Of a stretch of DNA of 64,000 nt, positions 1 through 7,737 are shown in pieces. How positions within the stretch are numbered: position 1 is the first letter of the stretch; each line of letters begins with the position of its first letter. Origin of the DNA: Desulfatiglandales bacterium (GTDB lineage: Bacteria; Desulfobacterota; DSM-4660; Desulfatiglandales; Desulfatiglandaceae); contig OY759599.1 in NCBI GenBank assembly GCA_963662465.1, positions 3,904,001 to 3,968,000 on the forward strand, written 5' to 3'. Both the position numbers and the translations under genes were made by a program. Under the pieces are notes generated by a model. That model was not told where the DNA came from and searched no databases. It saw nothing but the letters and a program-made list of their open reading frames with translations.

Positions 1-7
1 CGCGGCA

Positions 8-331
8 TTGCAAAAAAATAATGTAACCGATGTGGAAGGACTGCTTGAAAGGGCGGGTTTCAGCAAAATGGCGGCCGACACCCCGCAAAAGCTGGCCCAT
101 CTGAAGTCTCTGCCGCAGCATAAGTTCATCCCGCACGAACGCGACGGCAGGAAATATATTCTGTATGCGGACGCCGCCTATTGTGAGTGCCTCTATGTGG
201 GGAACGAGACCACTCTTCAACACTATCGAATGCTTGATATTCAACAGAACGAAAACCCGGTGGAGTTATTGAACCGGCCCGATATCGTGACGGGGGAGGA
301 ATTCTCTGATATCTGGGGACCCTCCAGGTAA
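8..331 (+). CDS. Conserved hypothetical protein, probably 5'-truncated by the window edge
   Basis: Frame open from the window start; protein-like composition (LLERAGF...YILYADAAYCECLYVG); family not named. Confidence 0.6.
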   Translation: MQKNNVTDVEGLLERAGFSKMAADTPQKLAHLKSLPQHKFIPHERDGRKYILYADAAYCECLYVGNETTLQHYRMLDIQQNENPVELLNRPDIVTGEEFSDIWGPSR

Positions 332-425
332 AACGCGAATGGTCGGAATATTGCCTACGGCCAGTGGTTCGGTTTAAGTTGGCGGAGAAAATTGTCAACG
401 GGCCAACAGAGAATTCCATCAACCA

Positions 426-539
426 TCAGTTTCTCTGTAATGGATGGAAACGGGTTAAAAGAGCACGACCCACCATCAAGTTTACGCCGCTGCGGCGCAG
501 TTTTCGAGCACTGGAACCCATCAGGGTAAAGTGGACTTT
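426..539 (-). pseudogene. Remnant of an AAA_14/DUF4143-type ATPase
   Basis: Manual translation KVHFTLMGSSARKLRRSGVNLMVGRALLTRFHPL resembles the GSSARKL...NLLAGRA segment of this family; no start or Walker A nearby. Confidence 0.6.
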
Positions 540-778
540 CCAGTAAATTTTTCCGTCATTTCCCCATTTTACTATCACAAAATTAACCTTCCAGGTAAAA
601 ATTGCGCCCCAATTTTACCCTTTCAGGCTAAAAATGCAAAGCATATCTTTTCGAATGGCGGCAAAATAAATCGCCTGGGTACGTCGTCGTACAATATCAT
701 TTGGCACAAATTCAGAAAATCTGCTAGAAGAAGAGCATTGAACATATACGAAAAGCAATCACTGACAGAGGAGCTGGA

Positions 779-1555
779 ATGAAAAAGCGAATCATTATCC
801 TGTACATCTGCTGCCTGCTGTGGGCCGCCGGATGCGCCGTGCATCAACCGCGCAACACCATCACCCAGACATCCACCATCGACGCCCTGCTGGCGGGAGT
901 TTATGACGGTCAAATGTCCTGCGCCCAACTCATGACCCACGGCAACCTGGGAATCGGCACCTTTGACCATCTGGACGGGGAGATGATCCTCTTGAACGGA
1001 GAGATTTACCAGGTAAAATCCAACGGAAAAGTCTACCGACCTCATACGACCCTCACCACCCCCTTTGCTGCGGTTTGCGAATTTTTGCCGGATGATGCCA
1101 TTGCCTTTGAAACCCCCATCACCTATGCCAAACTCAAAAAACGCCTGAACGAACGAATACCCAACCAAAACCTGTTCTGCGCCTTCAAAATCACGGGCCA
1201 TTTCAAGAACGTCCATACCCGGAGCGTTCCGGCCCAACAAAAGCCCTATCCGCCCCTGGTAAAAGTGACCGCCAACCAACCGGAATTCAGGGCAACAAAC
1301 ATTGACGGAACCATTGTGGGGTTTCGATGTCCGCCCTTTGTAAAGGGCATCAACATTCCGGGCTACCATCTGCATTTCCTGAGCAATTCCAAAGAATTCG
1401 GTGGGCACCTGCTGGGGTTTGAAATGGAAAATGGCCGATGCGCGGTGGATATCTGCAACCAATTTGTTTTGATATTACCGGAAAACAGGGATGCCTTGAA
1501 ATCCGTGGACCTAACCAGGGACCGAAGCAAGGAGCTGAAACAGGCTGAACAATAG
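779..1555 (+). CDS. budA: Alpha-acetolactate decarboxylase with N-terminal lipoprotein-like signal
   Basis: ALLAGVYDG, HGNLGIGTFDHLDGEM, GYHLHF and GGHLL motifs; GAGGAG upstream; LWAAGC lipobox-like segment. Confidence 0.92.
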   Translation: MKKRIIILYICCLLWAAGCAVHQPRNTITQTSTIDALLAGVYDGQMSCAQLMTHGNLGIGTFDHLDGEMILLNGEIYQVKSNGKVYRPHTTLTTPFAAVCEFLPDDAIAFETPITYAKLKKRLNERIPNQNLFCAFKITGHFKNVHTRSVPAQQKPYPPLVKVTANQPEFRATNIDGTIVGFRCPPFVKGINIPGYHLHFLSNSKEFGGHLLGFEMENGRCAVDICNQFVLILPENRDALKSVDLTRDRSKELKQAEQ

Positions 1556-1621
1556 ACGCCACACGAACAGCCCTCACAATATGGGCAGAACAAATTCACC
1601 GTGGGCATGATGATATTTTTA

Positions 1622-1650
1622 TTGACACGCCAAACCTTAAGGATTATAAT
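1622..1650 (+). promoter_or_regulatory. Consensus sigma70 promoter
   Basis: TTGACA(1622-1627)-17 nt-TATAAT(1645-1650). Confidence 0.8.
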
Positions 1651-1826
1651 GAAAAGTTATTTTTCGCATAAATACTATTGCAAGATTGTAATGTTCCTGA
1701 AAGGTTGAGGTAAGCTTCAGCAGGTATCCTCCCGGTCAAGTCCGGCATTTTTGCCGAGGAAAATCCCACAGTAAAGCATTTTACCGGAACCTGATGTTTT
1801 GGAATAGGTTTTTAAAAGGAGATATC

Positions 1827-1985
1827 ATGTCAAAAAAAAGAGTCATCAGCGAAGAGGTCTTTGCCGCCATGTTGGATCAGGCCATTGAAGATTTAAAGCG
1901 GAGCGGTCTGGATGCCATCGAGGTCTTTTCCATTGTAGAAGAGAACTTCGGCATTACCTATGCCCGCAGGTTCTGCGGCAACTGA
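1827..1985 (+). CDS. Small hypothetical protein (52 aa), ends FCGN-TGA-TAA
   Basis: AAGGAG RBS before ATG 1827; first gene after the consensus promoter. Confidence 0.7.
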   Translation: MSKKRVISEEVFAAMLDQAIEDLKRSGLDAIEVFSIVEENFGITYARRFCGN

Positions 1986-2035
1986 TAAGCAACCCGGAAG
2001 CGCCTGTCGACGGCAGTTGAAGGACAACCCAACTC

Positions 2036-2662
2036 ATGCCCCCCTCCCCTGCAACCCTTGAAATTTTTACCGATTGCACCTGTCCCTGGTGCTACTTCAT
2101 GGCCGGGCGGATTGCGCAACTCAAAAAAGAATATGTCATTCAAATCCGGCGTCGGGCGTTTCCCTTCCATTCGGATGCCCCGGAAGACGGTGTATCATTA
2201 GGAGCCTTTTTTTCGGATAATCTGCTTGTCATTGAAGAAAGGATGCGAAACCTGAAGGAAACAGCCAAGGAATTGGGTCTGCCTTTTGTTTTGCCGGAAA
2301 TGATCTATAACAGTCGTTCGGCCCAGGAACTGGGCTTTTGGGCTGAATCGAAAGACAAAGGAAATGTTTTTCTCCAGGCCCTTTACAAAGCCTATTTTGT
2401 GGACGGAAAAAACATTGCAAAAATTCCTGTATTGGCCGATATCGCCACGTCAGTAGACCTTCCGGGTGAAAATATTGCCAAAATCATTAACACTGGGGCG
2501 TTTAAGGAATATGTGAGCCGGGATTGGGTCTTGGCGGAAGAGATGAATATTCTGGTTCTGCCCACATTTATGCTGAATGGGGATCGCCTGGTTGGGGCCC
2601 AGCCCTACCACAAACTTCAGCGGCTGATGGAAAAAAACGGCGTTGTCATGAAAAGAAGGTAA
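2036..2662 (+). CDS. DsbA/FrnE-family thioredoxin-fold oxidoreductase
   Basis: FTDCTCPWCY active site; C-terminal LPTF...LVGAQPY. Confidence 0.88.
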   Translation: MPPSPATLEIFTDCTCPWCYFMAGRIAQLKKEYVIQIRRRAFPFHSDAPEDGVSLGAFFSDNLLVIEERMRNLKETAKELGLPFVLPEMIYNSRSAQELGFWAESKDKGNVFLQALYKAYFVDGKNIAKIPVLADIATSVDLPGENIAKIINTGAFKEYVSRDWVLAEEMNILVLPTFMLNGDRLVGAQPYHKLQRLMEKNGVVMKRR

Positions 2663-2665
2663 CCA

Positions 2666-3763
2666 ATGGGTGACGGCACTCGAAATGAACAGGAACTGTT
2701 TTCTGAAAAAATGGTTCAAATACTCAATCAAGGGGCCTTGAACCTTGCCATGGGACTTGGGTATCGAATGGGCCTTTTCGATGTTATGGATACGTTTAAG
2801 GGGCCCGCTTCCGTATCCATGATTTCCCAGGCAGCCGGCCTGAATGCCCGGTATGTTCTGGAATGGTTGGGCATTATGGCCACGGGCGGTATTGTGACGC
2901 TGTCCCGGGACAGTGACGGCCAGGATCTTTTCCGCTTGCCCAAGGCCCACGCGGACGTGATTACGCGCCGGTCCGGAAACGCCAATCTGGGGGTTTATAC
3001 CCAGGAGATTCCCCTGCTGACCGCTTCCGTCTATGATGCGTTGGCCCACGGGTTTCAGACGGGAGAAGGCATTTCATACGAGCACTACCCCAGGTTTCAA
3101 CGGTTCATGGGACAACTGGCCGACGCCAAACATAACCAGGTCCTGGTGAACCTGTTTCTGCCCTCGGTGGAAAATGGAGAGATGGTTAAAAAACTGAACC
3201 GGGGTATCTCCGTTTGCGATCTAGGATGCGCCGAAGGGGTGGCCCTCATCCTCATGGCGGAGTCCTTTCCGAACAGCCGGTTTGTGGGCATCGACCTATC
3301 CGAAGCGATCATTTCAAAAGCAGAAGCCAAAGCCAAGGCAAAAGGATTGCGGAACATCTCTTTCCTGAACGAAGACGCCGCCCTCCTTGAGGACCAACAC
3401 CTTCGGCTCAAAACCTTTGATTATGTGACCGCTTTTGATGCCATCCACGACCAGACCCGACCGTTGGAAACCTTGAAAGGGGTCTTCGCCATATTGAAGG
3501 ACGGGGGCGTCTTTTCCATGGTGGATATTGCGGCCGCAAGCAATCTTTCCGAAAACATGGCCCACCCCATGGGCATGTTTCTCTACACCGTCAGCCTCAT
3601 GCACTGTATGCCGGTGGGGCTCATGGATGGGGGCGCCGGACTCGGAATGATGTGGGGCCGTGAAAAGGCGGTTTCAATGCTCAAGGAAAGCGGTTTTGAT
3701 CAAGTTTCGGTTGAAGAAATACCCGAAGATCCGTTTAATCTTCATTTCTTTTGCAGGAAGTAA
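2666..3763 (+). CDS. Class I SAM-dependent methyltransferase with N-terminal winged-helix region (Rv2258c-like)
   Basis: LGYRMGLFD, RYVLEWL, VCDLGCAEG motif I, FDAIHD, YTVSLMHCMPV, GLGMMWG. Confidence 0.88.
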   Translation: MGDGTRNEQELFSEKMVQILNQGALNLAMGLGYRMGLFDVMDTFKGPASVSMISQAAGLNARYVLEWLGIMATGGIVTLSRDSDGQDLFRLPKAHADVITRRSGNANLGVYTQEIPLLTASVYDALAHGFQTGEGISYEHYPRFQRFMGQLADAKHNQVLVNLFLPSVENGEMVKKLNRGISVCDLGCAEGVALILMAESFPNSRFVGIDLSEAIISKAEAKAKAKGLRNISFLNEDAALLEDQHLRLKTFDYVTAFDAIHDQTRPLETLKGVFAILKDGGVFSMVDIAAASNLSENMAHPMGMFLYTVSLMHCMPVGLMDGGAGLGMMWGREKAVSMLKESGFDQVSVEEIPEDPFNLHFFCRK

Positions 3764-3846
3764 CCTCTTGGTTTTTGGCATCTTTCAAAAAAGCGCAAAA
3801 GTAGTTTACATTTTTCCATGAAAATACATCCTCCAGTGTGGTATTT

Positions 3847-3908
3847 CCTCCTGTGGGGGAGACTTTCAGCCTCGACTGTCGCGGCGGAACGCCGCTCTCA
3901 CAGGGGAG
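3847..3908. repeat. Degenerate GTGG-type REP doublet
   Basis: CCTGTGGGGGAGAC...TCGCGGCGGAACGCCGCTCTCACAGG, two short palindromes in inverted orientation. Confidence 0.6.
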
Positions 3909-4649
3909 TTTCGTGCTTGGAAACGAGAGGTATGGAGACAAAAGTGTAAACTGGAAAATGAAGAATACCACAAGGATGCCAAATTTTTCCTTCAGAAAAA
4001 TACCATTCCGAACAAGGAAGTCAGTCTGTCAATGATGACTTTGTCGCGCAAAATATTCCCGGAATCGTTCCAGTGAGCCATTGAATCGCCAAAAACAAGC
4101 TAACAGCTAAACGGGTCTGTACGCCAAGGTTGCACCTGAAAATAAAATTCCCCCTATATTCAACTAGCTGATCTCCAGCATACTATTCAAATTGGTTCGT
4201 TGAAAAACCAATAACCACAATTTTGCTTTATCACAGAGATTTCGTAAACATTTTTTCCTTGACATGCAATTCCAATTTTTGTAAGCGTTTTGCTAAAAAT
4301 AATGATTTTTCTACCGATTCACTTTGCCACTTCCTGGGTAGATATAAGCTAACAGGTAATTCTTTTTCATTATTACAGGACTTTGTTCAAAAAATCACAT
4401 GGTCCAGATTGATTGAGTAACATTCAATGCCAAAAGCCTAAATTGTCAAAGTACAATTTTTCGAAAACTCAAAAATTTTAGGAGAATTGAAGAAGTGACG
4501 AGTAAAAAATATTCCCAACAAAGCATGATTCGGATGCTGAAGTTTGTTAAGTTCTCTTTATTATTTTTTTCTATCCTTCTTTTTTCAGAAAATGCGATTG
4601 CTGATACTGCAAATTCAGAACGTTACACCGAACCTATTGTAGTAACTTA

Positions 4650-4821
4650 CAGAGATCCTGGTAAATGACCTTTTTTTGACGTAACCTATTGAAATTGCGA
4701 GAAAAGTCCTTTTCAAAATTGATTGCGTATTGTCAAGCTACAACTGATTGATTTTATTGATATTTATCTAAAAGTTCTGCACGCGTTTTTTGAGAAAAAA
4801 AGGCATTTACCATGATCTCTG
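4650..4821. mobile_element. MITE-like element (172 bp)
   Basis: Terminal inverted repeats CAGAGATCCTGGTAAATGACCTTTTTTT / AAAAAAAGGCATTTACCATGATCTCTG (one mismatch, one indel); non-coding interior; no clear target duplication. Confidence 0.75.
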
Positions 4822-4822
4822 A

Positions 4823-4972
4823 GGTTTTGCAAAAAAACCTTCTGACGCTGATATCCCAAATGATTCTCTAGGATATTACGATGGCGACTATCAACTGGTT
4901 GCCAAACCGTAATGTTGGTTTTGCAAAAAAACCTTCTGACGCTGATATCCCAAATGATTCTCTAGGATATTA
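4823..4972 (+). repeat. Two identical 56-bp direct repeats separated by 38 bp
   Basis: GGTTTTGCAAAAAAACCTTCTGACGCTGATATCCCAAATGATTCTCTAGGATATTA at 4823-4878 and 4917-4972. Confidence 0.95.
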
Positions 4973-5234
4973 TAAGATCAACGATTCTAGCGGTTCAATT
5001 AAGTCAACGACAGCGGTTCAATAAAAAACGCGTTAGATGAAGAACAATATGCTGTAACCGAGACGAAAAGCAGTTCAACCGAAGCAAGATGGGATGAGTT
5101 TATTATTGCAGACTCAGTCTATCTTGAAAATGGCTACTACATAAGAGCGTCGGATATTTCAAAAGATATAAATATTGACGCAATAAGGTTCAAATATTTA
5201 CACGATTAGATAGTAGTAACGGAAATCGAGTCAG

Positions 5235-5413
5235 CTTGAATTAATCGGCTCATTGTGGATTCGCGTGAGATTTGGCTTCTGAGCCGATTGTAGGTGCGAC
5301 TTTAGTCGCACATTAAGCCTACCCTGTGCGACTAAAGTCGCACCTACAGCCCGAGCCGAAACAATCTCAAAGCGCGATTTCACGTTAATCCGCGATGAAC
5401 CAATTAATCGAAG
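5235..5413. repeat. GTAG-family REP doublet (REPIN) nested inside a longer imperfect inverted repeat
   Basis: Perfect 24-bp IR TGTAGGTGCGACTTTAGTCGCACA (5289-5312) / 5325-5348, each arm itself palindromic; outer arms 5235-5272 / 5376-5413 match 28 of 38. Confidence 0.85.
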
Positions 5414-5449
5414 TACGCAAAAATCGGGTGAACCAAAAAGACATAACGA

Positions 5450-5666
5450 CAGGGGTGGAGAGGGATTTCCTCGATCGCTTGGCAAAAATCTTGCCCGAGA
5501 CTCAACGGCCTGGAACAAGGGTACGGTTTGGGTCGAATTGCCGAAGAGGTCGCCGAAATCCATGGCGTGGAAATGCGCGAAATAATATCGAGAGGAACGC
5601 AGCCTCGAAAAGTGAAGGCAGGGCGTTTATCCTGCTTTTGGGGCGTCAGCGAGTTGCACACGTCAA
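5450..5666 (+). pseudogene. Internally deleted RAYT (Y1 transposase) remnant
   Basis: DFLDRLAKILPETQ (RAYT N-terminal-like) joined out of frame to GRIAEEVAEIHGVEMREIISRG...CFWGVSEL (C-terminal HTH-like part). Confidence 0.55.
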
Positions 5667-6098
5667 TCACGGGTAAAAACCTTCACGCAGGATATCATCT
5701 GTGGCGTATGTGCATTCCGGAGGAAAGGAATCACGAATCAGCCCTGTTTCCAACATGGCGAGACGTTTTGCTTTTGGGTATGCCGCGTTAACAAAGGCTT
5801 CCAATTCGCGCTTCAAGGACGGACTGTCCTCCAGTAGTTCCGATATCTGAAAACGCTGGGTCTCAATGGTGGCCTTCCAACTGTTCGATTGCCGCTCCGC
5901 TTGTATTTGCCATTTCAATAAATGCATGATCAGGATCACAAGCCTGCTTTTCAGTTCCCGACGTTCATGCTTTCCCATGGACTCAATCTCCTCGATCAGA
6001 TTGTTGATATCAACCTCTGAAAGCCGCCCGGATTTCAGCAACGTTGCCTGTTCCTGGGTCCATGCATGGAAATCCGTATTGTATAACACCTCCATCAT
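5667..6098 (-). CDS. DUF29 family protein
   Basis: LYNTDFHAWTQEQA, NLIEEIESMG, HLLKWQIQ, SPSLK, FPPEC; AAGGAGG RBS. Confidence 0.9.
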   Translation of the reverse strand: MMEVLYNTDFHAWTQEQATLLKSGRLSEVDINNLIEEIESMGKHERRELKSRLVILIMHLLKWQIQAERQSNSWKATIETQRFQISELLEDSPSLKRELEAFVNAAYPKAKRLAMLETGLIRDSFPPECTYATDDILREGFYP

Positions 6099-6367
6099 AC
6101 ACACCTCCTTAGCCTTGCTCTAATTTTCATAATGGCGAAATCATACCATAGTTCAGAAGAATTTCCACCAAAATTGAAGATGGCAGTCTGTTGCGGAGAT
6201 CTCTGTGGATAGAGACATCTTTAAGAAAATGCTCCAGAATCTGATCCTTGATTGTTTCTAACAAATTGGATATAGTTTCCTGGTTGATCAAACGGTATAT
6301 TTCGGAATACAGCCGTTGCCCGAATGCCATAGCCGCCTCTTTGTTCAAGCGGAAGAAGGATCAAATC

Positions 6368-6661
6368 ATGATCGACTTCGAATGGGACCTTGATAAGGCT
6401 GAAAAGAACGTTCTCAAGCATGGTGTTGCCTTCAGTGAGGCCGCGTCCGTTTTTAAGGACGAACTCAGCATTACCATTTATGACCCTGATCACTCCGAGG
6501 AGGAAGATCGATATATCACCATTGGGAACTCGGTCACGGGTCGATCCTTAATGATTGCCCACACGGATAGGGGTGATCGAACCCGGATCATCAGTGCGCG
6601 GGGACTTACCCGAAAGGAGCGTGAAGCGTATGAAAAAGAACTCCAAAGAAGAAACCGCTGA
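6368..6661 (+). CDS. BrnT family toxin (DUF497)
   Basis: FEWDLDKAEKNVLKHGVAFSEA, HSEEEDRYITIG, RIISAR. Confidence 0.9.
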   Translation: MIDFEWDLDKAEKNVLKHGVAFSEAASVFKDELSITIYDPDHSEEEDRYITIGNSVTGRSLMIAHTDRGDRTRIISARGLTRKEREAYEKELQRRNR

Positions 6662-6860
6662 CGACCTTCGTCCTGAATACGATCTCGCCACCCTGCTTAA
6701 GAAAGGTGTACGCGGGAAATATGCCAAGCGTTACAAGAATGCGACGAACCTGATATTATTAGCGCCTGACGTCGCCAAGGTCTTTCCGACGGACGAAGCC
6801 GTGAATGAAGCGCTTCGGTTGGTTATCCAATTAAAAAGAATTCCCGAAGGTGGGAAATAA
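6630..6860 (+). CDS. BrnA-like antitoxin
   Basis: Overlaps toxin 3' end; DDLRPEYD, GVRGKYAKRY, PDVAKVFP...VNEALR; AAGGAG RBS. Confidence 0.85.
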   Translation: MKKNSKEETADDLRPEYDLATLLKKGVRGKYAKRYKNATNLILLAPDVAKVFPTDEAVNEALRLVIQLKRIPEGGK

Positions 6861-6978
6861 AGGATAGTCGGCGCATAAGAAAAGGCATTCGCCCGCTATG
6901 TTCAGTGCCATTCGACCCTCTTATTTCGGCTTATGGTTAATGCTTTTGCAACGAAACTCATAATCCCCTAATCTTAGG

Positions 6979-7737
6979 GTGGAGGTCTTAAGCGTGTATT
7001 ATTATCTGCGGGATCTTTCGGTTACCCTGATCCTGTGGTGTTATTACACCCTGGGTTTTGTTCTTTTTTTTGCACCGTTTTATCTTTTTGCTTACTGTTT
7101 TACGCCAAAACGGCAAGATGCCTTTCAAAAACTCAACCATATCTTCTACAAAGGGTTTTTCGGTCTCATAAAGGCGTTGATTCCCTCCTGTGGATGGCAA
7201 ATCCCCAAGGCGGTGCGAGAAATTCGATCTTCGGTGATCGTATGCAATCACCGGTCCTATATTGACCCCATTTTACTGATTTCCATTTATGCGCGCCATA
7301 CCACCATTGCCAAGGCCCGCCTGTTCAGCATTCCGGTTTTCGGGAAAATGCTGGCCCTGTCAGGATACTTACCGTCCACGGCCAGGGGCCGTTTTGCGGA
7401 TTTGATGGTGGACTGCATGGCAAATATGGACGGCTTCCTTGCTTCGGGCGGCAACGTGTTTATCTTTCCCGAAGGCACGCGCAGTCGGGATGGCCGTATC
7501 GGCAGTTTGAACAAAGGGGCCTTTAAGCTTGCTAAAATATGCAAAGCACCCATAAAGGTTCTCTTTATTGAGAATACGGACAAACTGTTGACGCCGGGGA
7601 AGTTTCTGTTTAACGCCCACCGTCCCAATACCATTGCCGTGTCGCTGGTTGGGGAATTAAATCCGGATTACCGGTCCCATCAGTTTTCAATCAACGGTTT
7701 AATGGCCGAGGTTCAATCTCTCTTGGAGAAAACATGA
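6979..7737 (+). CDS. Lysophospholipid/1-acyl-sn-glycerol-3-phosphate acyltransferase (PlsC family)
   Basis: NHRSYID (NHxxxxD) and FPEGTRS motifs; N-terminal membrane segment. Confidence 0.9.
   Translation: MEVLSVYYYLRDLSVTLILWCYYTLGFVLFFAPFYLFAYCFTPKRQDAFQKLNHIFYKGFFGLIKALIPSCGWQIPKAVREIRSSVIVCNHRSYIDPILLISIYARHTTIAKARLFSIPVFGKMLALSGYLPSTARGRFADLMVDCMANMDGFLASGGNVFIFPEGTRSRDGRIGSLNKGAFKLAKICKAPIKVLFIENTDKLLTPGKFLFNAHRPNTIAVSLVGELNPDYRSHQFSINGLMAEVQSLLEKT

Larger units (their letters stand above)
4525..5209 (+). pseudogene. Disrupted AT-rich gene for a secreted protein
   Basis: ATG 4525 encodes signal-peptide-like MIRMLKFVKFSLLFFSILLFSENAIA; interrupted by a MITE and duplications; coding-like frame resumes (SGSIKNALDEEQY...FKYLHD) to TAG 5209. 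Confidence 0.55.

Noticed and set aside
2036..2662. Selenocysteine in the DsbA-like active site
   Set aside because: Codons are TGT/TGC (CPWC); no in-frame TGA
4823..4972. Mini CRISPR array (repeat, 38-bp spacer, repeat)
   Set aside because: Only two copies, 56 bp is long for a CRISPR repeat, the repeat reads as coding sequence, and there are no cas genes in the window
6127..6348. Short ORFs of unknown status (also 49831-50082, 53879-54232)
   Set aside because: No recognisable family or convincing start; may be fragments but cannot be supported
6870..6940. attC site after brnA, implying an integron cassette
   Set aside because: CATAAG/CTTATG ends exist, but there are no proper RYYYAAC/GTTRRRY boxes or paired interior, and no integron integrase
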